Shown in pieces: positions 55,863 to 64,000 of a stretch of DNA of 64,000 bases. Every line of letters starts with the position of its first letter. Within the stretch, counting starts at the first letter, position 1. The notes under the pieces were generated by a model. It had not been told where the DNA came from and did no database searches. It saw only the letters and a list, made by a program, of their open reading frames with translations. This stretch comes from a virus (taxonomy: Duplodnaviria > Heunggongvirae > Uroviricota > Caudoviricetes). Location: the IMG/VR virus record IMGVR_UViG_3300000553_000015. One strand, given 5' to 3'. The translations under genes and the position numbers were made by a program.

Positions 55863-56141
55863 TTACCCCTTAATGGTAGCCTTGATTTTGTCTAAAACAC
55901 CATATTGATGAGAGGCAGCTGCCTTTGAAATCATTTGTGAACGTAATTTCTTACCATTCAAAATACTGTGATGATCCAATGTAACTCTAGTTGGACTATA
56001 CTTGTCTGGTTTATTAAAAAGGATCCAGTCAAAATGATTTCTATGGAAGTTCAATGCCCAAGTTACATTACCATGTTTATATGGTACATCAACTAATAAA
56101 TGGCCTTTGTCCGAAAATTTAACTCTAGTTTTGATTTTCAT
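55863..56141 (-). CDS. hypothetical protein (92 aa)
   Basis: ORF with consensus promoter. Confidence 0.45.
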   Translation of the reverse strand: MKIKTRVKFSDKGHLLVDVPYKHGNVTWALNFHRNHFDWILFNKPDKYSPTRVTLDHHSILNGKKLRSQMISKAAASHQYGVLDKIKATIKG

Positions 56142-56169
56142 ATTATTCTCTGTTTAAATTAAAAATTCT

Positions 56170-56198
56170 ATTATAACAGGTTGTTAACAACCTGTCAA
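56170..56198 (-). promoter_or_regulatory. sigma70-consensus promoter TTGACA-N17-TATAAT whose spacer is a 20-bp perfect palindrome ACAGGTTGTTAACAACCTGT
   Basis: plus tgtcaa 56193-98 / attata 56170-75; palindrome 56176-56195. Confidence 0.55.
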
Positions 56199-56378
56199 TT
56201 GATTATCTGCTTCAGATGGTTCTATTCTATCAATATATTCACGCAGAATGCTTTCTATTAATTTATTCAATGTGATATCACGTTCGTGAGCTAACAACAT
56301 TAGTTGAAATAGTATTTCATCTGGTAAATCTATTGTAATTGTAGACATATTACCTTCTGACACTTGCTTCCCCTTCAT
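56184..56378 (-). CDS. hypothetical protein (64 aa)
   Basis: ORF. Confidence 0.35.
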   Translation of the reverse strand: MKGKQVSEGNMSTITIDLPDEILFQLMLLAHERDITLNKLIESILREYIDRIEPSEADNQLTGC

Positions 56379-56532
56379 ACATTGCTATTGCAGAAATCAC
56401 TATTGCCAACAAAATTAAAATTATTGCATGTGGTAATGTTAACCAAAATCCACTTAGGAACCCAAAGGCACCACATAAAATTAGTCTTAGTACTGTGTAT
56501 ATATTAAAATTCATATTTTTCAATTCCTTCAT
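56350..56532 (-). CDS. small 2-TM membrane protein (60 aa)
   Basis: Hydrophobic. Confidence 0.35.
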   Translation of the reverse strand: MKELKNMNFNIYTVLRLILCGAFGFLSGFWLTLPHAIILILLAIVISAIAMYEGEASVRR

Positions 56533-56689
56533 TTAATTTAAAATAATCGTGTGTTTTACTATAATCTGAATCATATGAACACATTCCACATATCGGACAA
56601 TATGGTAATTCATCATCACTCCATGCAACAGTTTTGTAGATGTAGTCGCTGAAGGATTTCCATTTTTCATTTCGTTTACAAATTTTCAT
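56504..56689 (-). CDS. small Cys-rich protein (61 aa)
   Basis: CPICGMC. Confidence 0.35.
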   Translation of the reverse strand: MKICKRNEKWKSFSDYIYKTVAWSDDELPYCPICGMCSYDSDYSKTHDYFKLNEGIEKYEF

Positions 56690-56697
56690 TTTGTTTT

Positions 56698-57144
56698 CTA
56701 TTTCAAATAATGATTTATATCATCAAATTTATTCAATGCCAAATCATAACTTAATTGGTATAAAATATTCTTAATTATATTAAAAACTTCATCATCAGTT
56801 TTAATTATTGGTAGATGGTGATATCTATGTAATCCTTTGACAAATCTACTAATTGTTAATTCGTCTTGTGCTACATCAGTAAACATCCAAGTATAATAAT
56901 CATGTTGAGTTGGTTTTTTATTGTTTTTCATTTTCAATCGTTGAATTTGAAATAACCAATTGTTTATATCACCTAAATGTTTTTCATAATTAACTGGATC
57001 CTCCCATTTTAAAGCTTTAACTAAGTGTTCAACAATTGGATCAGCAATTGATGTAATCCTCGCTTCAACATCTTTCCTATCAAATGCCATTTCAAAAATA
57101 TATGACTTTGAGAGTTTGTCTGCAATTATTTCAAATATTTTCAT
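56698..57144 (-). CDS. hypothetical protein (148 aa)
   Basis: ORF. Confidence 0.4.
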   Translation of the reverse strand: MKIFEIIADKLSKSYIFEMAFDRKDVEARITSIADPIVEHLVKALKWEDPVNYEKHLGDINNWLFQIQRLKMKNNKKPTQHDYYTWMFTDVAQDELTISRFVKGLHRYHHLPIIKTDDEVFNIIKNILYQLSYDLALNKFDDINHYLK

Positions 57145-57382
57145 GAGCTATACCCTTCAATATATCCTTCAACATATGTTACAACTGAAATTAGCATAAG
57201 GATTCCAAGTGCAGCAAGAAATAGTTTTAAGTCAATATCATGTAATATCATTCCAAATATTAAGTATAAAAACATCTAAACATAAATAATGCGGTCATAA
57301 TATCACCAATGCTAATGGATGGCCAGTAAATACTAGTAGTAATACAACTAACCATCCCCAAGAATTATCGTTGTTCATTAAC

Positions 57383-58447
57383 TTAGAATGCATCAAAGAA
57401 ATTATGTTTCGCATAAGTTTTTTTAGTCAAGATTAAAACATTACCGTTGTTATTTTTAAATGTAAAAGTACCAGCGGTTGCATCAACATTAATTAAATCA
57501 TTATGTTCAAACTGTTCATAATTATCCCAGAATTCATCACCATCTTCGTCAACTCTAAGATATTCAATGCTTTTACGAGAAGACAATGGATTGCCCTGCC
57601 AGCCATTAGAGTAGAATTCTTTTTGTTCCAACCATCTACCATTTAATGACATAGCACAAGTAAATGACATTTTATTACTGTACTCTGGTTTAGCATTTAA
57701 TAATTGCAATGCCTCTTGTGGACTTTCATCATATCGATTCATATCTTCCACAATTCCTTGAAGCATATCAAAGTTAAATTGCTCGTAAAGTGTTGATACT
57801 TTACATAAAGTTTCGATATGTGTTTTATTCTCTAACTTATCTTCACAGTATTCTTTAATGAATTCCACAGATAGACCTTTAAATTCAATAGAATAAAAAA
57901 TACGACCTGGACGATTACGCATATTGCTATCAATACGCCACTGATCATTACAAGTTAGCACAAACAATTTCTTAGATGGGAATGTACCATCTAATAGTGT
58001 AAGAACTGCTTCTTGTTGTTGTGAATCATATACTTTTTCAAACTCATCAAACAATATAACACATGGTTGTTGGATGCTTTGAATTAGGTTATTAAATCCA
58101 TCACCATGCCAAGGTGCATTGATAATAATAGTTGGAATATTATTCTCAGCTGCTTTGCTAGAAAGGCATTTAGCTAATAGACTTTTACCAGATCCTTTTT
58201 CACCAGTTAATAGAACACCAGTTGCATTTTCTCTTTTTACGAAAGTATTAAAGATACGTTCACTATATTTGGTATTATCACCATAGCGTTTATTAGGTAA
58301 TGTAAATGAATCAACTGTTTGAAAAAAGAAGTTATCATACATATCTTTACCAATTGTATAATTACCAACTGGTAATTCATTACGAATGTCTAAAGATGCT
58401 TCTGAACTAGGTTTAAAGATGTCGCCTTGCTTAATATAATATGTCAT
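57383..58447 (-). CDS. AAA+ ATPase
   Basis: Walker A GEKGSGKS, Walker B VILFDEFEK, sensor TCND, Arg finger RPGR. Confidence 0.6.
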   Translation of the reverse strand: MTYYIKQGDIFKPSSEASLDIRNELPVGNYTIGKDMYDNFFFQTVDSFTLPNKRYGDNTKYSERIFNTFVKRENATGVLLTGEKGSGKSLLAKCLSSKAAENNIPTIIINAPWHGDGFNNLIQSIQQPCVILFDEFEKVYDSQQQEAVLTLLDGTFPSKKLFVLTCNDQWRIDSNMRNRPGRIFYSIEFKGLSVEFIKEYCEDKLENKTHIETLCKVSTLYEQFNFDMLQGIVEDMNRYDESPQEALQLLNAKPEYSNKMSFTCAMSLNGRWLEQKEFYSNGWQGNPLSSRKSIEYLRVDEDGDEFWDNYEQFEHNDLINVDATAGTFTFKNNNGNVLILTKKTYAKHNFFDAF

Positions 58448-58462
58448 TTTAATCTCTATTGT

Positions 58463-58855
58463 TTAATTTTGATAAAGTGTTGCTGTTTGTGGATATGGTT
58501 CACCTTTATTGGCATCGAATATTACTTCATTGCCATCTACTTGGTATACCACATACATTTTTCTTTCAGTAGTATGAGACACCTGATTTTTTGGTCCATG
58601 GTGTTCTTCATCCCATACTTCTGGTTCAAATCTAACCAAATGCCCAATAACTGGATTGTTTTTATATACTCTAATTTCACCAGAATTCCAACTAACTATA
58701 GCAGTAATTATAACCCAAATACTTATTGAAATCCATGCGAAATCATCTTTTCTATATACCGCTAATATCACAAAAGCTACACCTATTGTAACATAAAACC
58801 CGACATGGTTATTAAGAGTATCATAAGATGCTAATGGTGTTGTTGTATAAGTCAT
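58463..58855 (-). CDS. membrane protein (130 aa)
   Basis: 2-3 TM. Confidence 0.4.
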   Translation of the reverse strand: MTYTTTPLASYDTLNNHVGFYVTIGVAFVILAVYRKDDFAWISISIWVIITAIVSWNSGEIRVYKNNPVIGHLVRFEPEVWDEEHHGPKNQVSHTTERKMYVVYQVDGNEVIFDANKGEPYPQTATLYQN

Positions 58856-58866
58856 TATGATATTTC

Positions 58867-59121
58867 CTATGGTAAGTATTTTTTAAAAATCTTTTTAACT
58901 CTGCGTTCGACAACAGCTTGTTTACCATCATCGGGATTATATGGCAAATGTCTCCATCTCTTATTTGACCATTTTTGGGCATACCATCTTGCGGCGTGAT
59001 GTGCAGTTTTGAATTCTTTTGAATCGGTTACATCAGCTATAAAATTTCCTTTACTTGAATGTAAAGGAATAGTATATGAAATTTTAATATATTTGACATA
59101 TTCTATTTTATGTGAACTCAT
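58867..59121 (-). CDS. hypothetical basic protein (84 aa)
   Basis: ORF with promoter. Confidence 0.45.
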   Translation of the reverse strand: MSSHKIEYVKYIKISYTIPLHSSKGNFIADVTDSKEFKTAHHAARWYAQKWSNKRWRHLPYNPDDGKQAVVERRVKKIFKKYLP

Positions 59122-59155
59122 TGAGTTGCTCCTAGTTGTTTTAAATTATGTGTAT

Positions 59156-59184
59156 ATTATACTATCGGTCTTACCTTTTGTCAA
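59156..59184 (-). promoter_or_regulatory. sigma70-consensus promoter TTGACA-N17-TATAAT (minus)
   Basis: plus tgtcaa 59179-84 / attata 59156-61. Confidence 0.55.
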
Positions 59185-59188
59185 CCCC

Positions 59189-59383
59189 TTATTCTTCGAT
59201 ATATTCAAGCCCTTGAATAATTTTTACAACAACATCATATCTCCCACCCTCGTAACGATCATATGTGTTTTTATTAAAAGCCTTTTCCATGGCAAGTTCT
59301 TTAGACATTGGTCCTTCAACATATTCTAAGTGGGCGTATTGTTCGTCCGGTGTTACAACAAGGTAATATTCTCTCATATACAT
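59189..59383 (-). CDS. hypothetical protein (64 aa)
   Basis: ORF with promoter. Confidence 0.45.
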   Translation of the reverse strand: MYMREYYLVVTPDEQYAHLEYVEGPMSKELAMEKAFNKNTYDRYEGGRYDVVVKIIQGLEYIEE

Positions 59384-59406
59384 TTTAAATTCCTCAATAG
59401 TTTAGT

Positions 59407-59604
59407 TTATGTGTGTAGTATACTACCATTATTTCGGTTTGTCAACCTTTTTAATTCTTCTAATTCAGCAGCATCAATAGGATATGCTGTTTCCCAATCT
59501 CCCCATGATTCAACTTCACCGTGTAGGTTCCAATTAAATCTCATTTTCCAATCTTCTAGTTCTTCAATTCTTTCATCTTTTTCTTTGTTTGTCATCGTAT
59601 ACAT
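59407..59604 (-). CDS. hypothetical acidic protein (65 aa)
   Basis: ORF. Confidence 0.4.
   Translation of the reverse strand: MYTMTNKEKDERIEELEDWKMRFNWNLHGEVESWGDWETAYPIDAAELEELKRLTNRNNGSILHT
59417..59445 (-). promoter_or_regulatory. sigma70-type promoter TTGACA-N17-TATACT (minus), inside 3' end of upstream gene
   Basis: plus tgtcaa 59440-45 / agtata 59417-22. Confidence 0.5.
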
Positions 59605-59806
59605 ACCATCCAGAATCTTTTCTCATTTCGTGTTGAGCTCTTAAATTATTTTCACGCCATTGTTTTACTGAACGTTGTTCTATGTTTTCAGTATCTTTGC
59701 GTTTAAACGAATCAATTAGTCCAATTATAAGCATTGCAACAATACATAATACTGGACCAATAAACATTACAAATAAGAAAAACCAATTACATAATGATGT
59801 TGTCAT
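59573..59806 (-). CDS. membrane protein (77 aa)
   Basis: N-terminal TM. Confidence 0.4.
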   Translation of the reverse strand: MTTSLCNWFFLFVMFIGPVLCIVAMLIIGLIDSFKRKDTENIEQRSVKQWRENNLRAQHEMRKDSGWYVYDDKQRKR

Positions 59807-59839
59807 ATTAATTCCTAAATTTCTTAAAAATGAGTTTGG

Positions 59840-60241
59840 TTATTCATATTCAATTTTTACGCATATCTTATCACGAAATGAACGCCAAAGTAAAGTAATC
59901 TTAGATGGTGATTTTGTTAGTGCCCGATGGTTCCATCTATACTCCATATACAATCCAAAAGATCCAAATAATAGAACAATTCCATTAAATAACAAACCCA
60001 TAACCATAATCACACTAGATATGTCTGTTGATGGTCGAAATCCAATAGATGGATCTATAAAATAGCAAATTGTATGATAAATTGAAAATATCATACACCC
60101 TACAGCAAAGGACATAATACTAAAACTTGCAATTCCAGTAATAAGGCTGTTTATAAAATCACATGTATTTCCGTACATTCCAACAGATGGATCTCCAAAT
60201 TCTGCAATTTTATATATCAGTGAATTTCTTTTAATTTTCAT
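59840..60241 (-). CDS. membrane protein (133 aa)
   Basis: Multi-TM. Confidence 0.4.
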   Translation of the reverse strand: MKIKRNSLIYKIAEFGDPSVGMYGNTCDFINSLITGIASFSIMSFAVGCMIFSIYHTICYFIDPSIGFRPSTDISSVIMVMGLLFNGIVLLFGSFGLYMEYRWNHRALTKSPSKITLLWRSFRDKICVKIEYE

Positions 60242-60244
60242 GTG

Positions 60245-60529
60245 TTATCCTTTTAAGTAGAGAAGATCATCATATTTTATAGGTAAATCCCAAATATTAG
60301 GTTCATTAGATAATACCTCACCCAGAATATATACAGGTAATGTTTCACCGTCCGCGTGTATGCTATGAACTCTAACAACAGGTTCTGGTTCAGGTTGGTC
60401 AAGTAGTTTTTCTACTTCTATGCTTAAATCCATATTTAACAAACCTGAATCCATAATTTTTCTTAATAGTTCTCGTTCTGCACTCATCTCATTTAATATC
60501 GTGATGTTTTTCAGCAAATCTAACTCCAT
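60245..60529 (-). CDS. hypothetical protein (94 aa)
   Basis: ORF. Confidence 0.4.
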   Translation of the reverse strand: MELDLLKNITILNEMSAERELLRKIMDSGLLNMDLSIEVEKLLDQPEPEPVVRVHSIHADGETLPVYILGEVLSNEPNIWDLPIKYDDLLYLKG

Positions 60530-60806
60530 ATTCGAACATTAAACAGCCATATACACCAGTTCTTTCAAAATTTGCCAAATGTGGCGTATTTTTAAGAATT
60601 TCACGATCACTCAAAGGCTCTTGTTTTGGTGTTTGTGGTGATGAATAGAGTGGTGTAATATTAAAAGCCGTTTGTAAATGACTATGCTCTGGATCTGTAG
60701 TTAATAGATTAATACGGGTTCGGCCATGTTCATCATCCCAATCATACATCCAAGCAACCGGTTCTTGTACCAATTGTGTTGGTCGTTCTATAATAATATC
60801 ATTCAT
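60489..60806 (-). CDS. hypothetical protein (105 aa)
   Basis: ORF. Confidence 0.4.
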   Translation of the reverse strand: MNDIIIERPTQLVQEPVAWMYDWDDEHGRTRINLLTTDPEHSHLQTAFNITPLYSSPQTPKQEPLSDREILKNTPHLANFERTGVYGCLMFEYGVRFAEKHHDIK

Positions 60807-60810
60807 TTTG

Positions 60811-61005
60811 TTATTCTTTTATCAATTTAATTAATGGAGTTATATTTCTTCTATATTCATTTTCTGGTGGTTTATCTGTATCAGCACATTCAACCCATCC
60901 ATCACTGGTAAGTTCTTCCCACCACCAGGCAGCTATTTCTTTTTTTGGTTTATTAAGACGCCAGTCAGAAACTGCTTGTATAAATTCTAAATCTTGGTTG
61001 TTCAT
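60811..61005 (-). CDS. hypothetical protein (64 aa)
   Basis: ORF. Confidence 0.35.
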   Translation of the reverse strand: MNNQDLEFIQAVSDWRLNKPKKEIAAWWWEELTSDGWVECADTDKPPENEYRRNITPLIKLIKE

Positions 61006-61286
61006 TATACACCAATTATGTTTCTAAGTCCATCTGCAATTTGTTGAACAGCATCATTGTACCCTTGATCTATTCCTTTTATATAAGCAATTTCCTCACG
61101 TTGTTCTACTGTTAGGTCAGGTGTGATGCCATCGTGTAAGGAAAAAGAATTATATTGTGATACTTCATGAATACATTTTTTGATGGTTGCTCTTATAATA
61201 TGTTCATATACAACATCTAAATTGCCATTGCTATCGGCATGATACATTTTAGCTTGTTGCATTATATCGTTAATTAGTTCGTTCAC
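61005..61286 (-). CDS. hypothetical protein (93 aa)
   Basis: ORF. Confidence 0.4.
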   Translation of the reverse strand: MNELINDIMQQAKMYHADSNGNLDVVYEHIIRATIKKCIHEVSQYNSFSLHDGITPDLTVEQREEIAYIKGIDQGYNDAVQQIADGLRNIIGV

Positions 61287-61575
61287 GTGTTATATCCTTT
61301 CCGTATTTTAATATCAAATCATGTAAAATCGTTAATTCATCAATGCTACTATTTGGCAATGTTGTATCAATCTCACCCTTAAAATTTATAATAGGTAATC
61401 TTGTTTTTGGATCAATTGTTGCCCAATACTGTATCGATGGTCTGTTAACACCTGCTGTTTTATTCTTTATCTCACGTTGTATTTTCTTTATTAATTTGTC
61501 TAACTCTGGAACTCTTTTATTATAGTATTCTGATGAATTATCTTCCGGCATTTTGGCTCCTATTTCCATACCCAC
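61270..61575 (-). CDS. hypothetical protein (101 aa)
   Basis: ORF. Confidence 0.4.
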   Translation of the reverse strand: MGMEIGAKMPEDNSSEYYNKRVPELDKLIKKIQREIKNKTAGVNRPSIQYWATIDPKTRLPIINFKGEIDTTLPNSSIDELTILHDLILKYGKDITRERTN

Positions 61576-61796
61576 AATAAACTCAACATTCCAACTATAG
61601 TTAACAATACCTTAAGTATTCCAAAAATAATTGATTCATAACTAACAAATGTTTTAATTGAAATAAATGGTGACATTTGAAGCATTAATATTACTATTGA
61701 ATATAGAAATAGCACACAAATCGCCACATATAACAAATTACCAATCATGTTGCTCATTATTTGACTCCAAAATGATGCATAATCATAATACCACAA
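61560..61796 (-). CDS. membrane protein (78 aa)
   Basis: Hydrophobic. Confidence 0.4.
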   Translation of the reverse strand: MWYYDYASFWSQIMSNMIGNLLYVAICVLFLYSIVILMLQMSPFISIKTFVSYESIIFGILKVLLTIVGMLSLLWVWK

Positions 61797-61984
61797 TCCA
61801 TAACACCATCATTATAATTTAATTCGCCATAGTCATCACCAGCTATAAGATTATCCTTACAGATTTGATAACATTCTTTTACAATCAACTCAGCAAATTT
61901 TTGCATATTATATTCCATATCGCCATCTCTGTCAACAATACTAATATAACATTGTTTCTTCAAGTTTTCAATGTTTTCGTTCAT
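61757..61984 (-). CDS. hypothetical protein (75 aa)
   Basis: ORF. Confidence 0.4.
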   Translation of the reverse strand: MNENIENLKKQCYISIVDRDGDMEYNMQKFAELIVKECYQICKDNLIAGDDYGELNYNDGVMDCGIMIMHHFGVK

Positions 61985-62142
61985 ACTTCCTCACACAATA
62001 TTGTTGATTTTACTACTATTAACGCAGGATTAGGATTAAGTTTTTTCTTACCATCGACAGCAGCTTCAACTGACTGAAACGGCCCAGCAACTATACGGTT
62101 TTCGTATGCTATATAATACGCTTTATACTCATTCATCTTCAT
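61981..62142 (-). CDS. small hypothetical protein (53 aa, MKMNEYKAYYIAYENRIVAGPFQSVEAAVDGKKKLNPNPALIVVKSTILCEEV)
   Basis: ATGA overlap with downstream gene; below ORF-track cutoff. Confidence 0.4.
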   Translation of the reverse strand: MKMNEYKAYYIAYENRIVAGPFQSVEAAVDGKKKLNPNPALIVVKSTILCEEV

Positions 62143-62534
62143 CCTTCTTTATTTTCGTAAACTAAATATGTTTAGGTATTTTTTCATTTCATTTTAGATC
62201 TTTTATTATTTTCATCATCCATAAAATTCCTACGACTAGTACTAGACCAAAAATAAATATCAATTGACCTGATAAATGATTTTCTGGATTATTACTATAA
62301 TCTAGCATTGTAAAGTAGATTGGTGTCATATCGATCATCTTATTATATCACACAACGATTTGGCTTCTGTTGATGAAATATTTTTTTCTATGGCGAATTT
62401 AACACATTCATATTTTGTATGATTATGATATACAATTGCACCGAACACGCTTCCAAACACAATTAAAACAATACCACTCACTAGTAAAACTAATTCTTTA
62501 TTCATTCTTTATTCTCTATTCTCTAATAGTTTCT

Positions 62535-62837
62535 TTAATTTAATTCATTATATTCCAAATAGCTAATTATTCTATCAATAAGTTTAATTACTTGGTCTTT
62601 TGTAGTAAATATTTCTAATAATTCTTTTTTATAACTGTTATAGTCAATTATGAGATCAGTTATTTTATATTCATCAAAGATTTCAGTTGCTTGTATTGAA
62701 AAATTTTTAGTATTATGCAAAAATATTTCATACAGTTCATACATTTGATTAACTAATTGTTCGTTCTTCAAAATCTCCCAAGTTTTTTTATGTTGATGTA
62801 TTACTACTTCACTTATTTTCATACTTACTATCAGCAA
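62535..62837 (-). CDS. hypothetical protein (100 aa); paralog of 52497..52784
   Basis: Shared C-terminal motif and 3'-end nucleotide similarity. Confidence 0.45.
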   Translation of the reverse strand: MLIVSMKISEVVIHQHKKTWEILKNEQLVNQMYELYEIFLHNTKNFSIQATEIFDEYKITDLIIDYNSYKKELLEIFTTKDQVIKLIDRIISYLEYNELN

Positions 62838-63015
62838 AATATTGCATTGTTTTTTCAGTCAGTGCAGTACATCTATCAATCAATGATTGCATAGTTTCTT
62901 CTGTAATTTCTTTATTATTTTCTAAAATTGGATTGTTTGAACTTAATCTGCTAACTTCATTTGGAGTATTTTTATACCCATGATTAACATTATTATCTAT
63001 TCTTGTTTTAGTCAT
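62809..63015 (-). CDS. hypothetical protein (68 aa)
   Basis: ORF. Confidence 0.35.
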   Translation of the reverse strand: MTKTRIDNNVNHGYKNTPNEVSRLSSNNPILENNKEITEETMQSLIDRCTALTEKTMQYFADSKYENK

Positions 63016-63259
63016 TCTTTATCCTTTAATAATTTTTAACTATTATCATAAATCTAAATTGGATGTTCATCCATAGTAAGTTGTCCAGTAGCTTTATCAT
63101 ATACCTCTATAACAAATTTTCGTTCAAGTTCATAAGTACGTATTATTAACATATGGAATAAAAATCCACCAATAAAAACTCCAACCAAAAATGTACCAAT
63201 TACTAATAAATCGTCATATTAGTTTCCTCTTGTTGGTTTACTTAATAATAAAAAATTGT

Positions 63260-63484
63260 TCATAAATATAATTTCTGATAATTTGGACGTCCATCCAATG
63301 TTTGTGCCATTGGTAATGTCCCACCCAATTCAATAATCTGTTGACGCAACTCTGTTATTTCAGTTAAAGCTGCTAAAAATAAGGTATCGTGTGGAGGACC
63401 GTAGTTTAATGCATTTTCGATTGCAAGAACGATATCTCTATCTCTAATTGTCTTTATGATTTCTGTTTGTTCTGCTTTTTTCAT
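63260..63484 (-). CDS. hypothetical protein (74 aa)
   Basis: ORF. Confidence 0.4.
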   Translation of the reverse strand: MKKAEQTEIIKTIRDRDIVLAIENALNYGPPHDTLFLAALTEITELRQQIIELGGTLPMAQTLDGRPNYQKLYL

Positions 63485-63819
63485 TCTTTATCCTCCAATA
63501 GTTTCGTTAACCGTTTAACTTCACGTTTAAGATTGCCGACTTCGTATGATGTCCAGCCGATTTCTTCAGCTTCTTTACGCATTATAGCAAGATAATCGTG
63601 ATCTGTCAAGCTCAAATCTATTTCTGGATATAACATAAATTTATTATCATCCCAATCAAACCCTTTATTAGCTTGTTTGACATTTGCACATGGTGTACCA
63701 CCGATTGCTTTTGCCGTTTGAATTGGAATGCAAACTCTAATTTCAGCTGGATCTTGATGTCTTTGCTCACAAAGAATCATCTGCCGTTCTATAATATCAT
63801 AAAGTTGTTTAAGATTCAT
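63481..63819 (-). CDS. hypothetical protein (112 aa)
   Basis: ORF. Confidence 0.4.
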   Translation of the reverse strand: MNLKQLYDIIERQMILCEQRHQDPAEIRVCIPIQTAKAIGGTPCANVKQANKGFDWDDNKFMLYPEIDLSLTDHDYLAIMRKEAEEIGWTSYEVGNLKREVKRLTKLLEDKE

Positions 63820-63820
63820 A

Positions 63821-63982
63821 TCACCAACTGTTTTTTCCGCGTTCTTCTATTCTACTACATTTAGAGCATTTATAAATATAGTATAATCCGTTAGGTCTAC
63901 CATCAATAGATTTTGCGCCAGTGCTACTGAGTTCCCAGTTGTGCCAGCATCCGTGCCATAAGAATTGTAAAATTTTAATCAT
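63821..63982 (-). CDS. small Cys/Trp-rich protein (53 aa, MIKILQFLWHGCWHNWELSSTGAKSIDGRPNGLYYIYKCSKCSRIEERGKNSW)
   Basis: Complete small ORF; CxxC pair suggests Zn ribbon. Confidence 0.35.
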   Translation of the reverse strand: MIKILQFLWHGCWHNWELSSTGAKSIDGRPNGLYYIYKCSKCSRIEERGKNSW

Positions 63983-64000
63983 TATCGTTTTCGTTATGTT

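Noticed and set aside
63869-63876. Plus-strand TATAAATA box
   Set aside because: No plus-strand gene follows. It lies within a small minus-strand ORF and is probably fortuitous.

Overview
This is an AT-rich segment (roughly one-third GC by eye) of a large tailed phage with T4-like logic. Nearly all genes are on the minus strand, interrupted by plus-strand cassettes. From left to right:

- A glycan-decoration locus: two sulfotransferases, a NodU/CmcH carbamoyltransferase, GT9, GT4 and GT-A glycosyltransferases, and FkbM-type and class-I methyltransferases.
- A 1751-aa tail fibre with a C-terminal S74 intramolecular-chaperone domain, followed by a PAAR spike-tip protein.
- A class Ia ribonucleotide reductase (nrdA, nrdB) with an NrdH-like redoxin.
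- Five free-standing GIY-YIG homing-endonuclease genes plus one HNH.
- Two further fibre or tailspike-like proteins (794 and 894 aa), a PD-(D/E)XK nuclease and a pol-beta-type nucleotidyltransferase.
- A solo IS605-type TnpB.
- A bona fide 5-aminolevulinate synthase gene.
- A host-like cluster: lipoprotein, secreted DRGH non-specific endonuclease and a YbaN membrane protein.
- An HldD-like heptose epimerase.
- A dense block of small minus-strand early genes at the right end.

The stand-out feature is a plus-strand operon (42.1-49.7 kb) of 21 or more tandem paralogous small genes (58-104 aa) ending in a conserved ...NWFxLRW[SG] motif. The nucleotides of that motif also supply the Shine-Dalgarno sequence and overlapping start (ATGA/GTGA) of the next gene. 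The array is driven by a perfect TTGACA-N17-TATAAT promoter and closed by a strong terminator.

The window also shows twelve perfect or near-perfect sigma70-consensus early promoters and several NATAAATA late-type boxes. Four plus-strand GIY-YIG genes share a structured leader with covariation. A candidate gene is interrupted at a T8 homopolymer.
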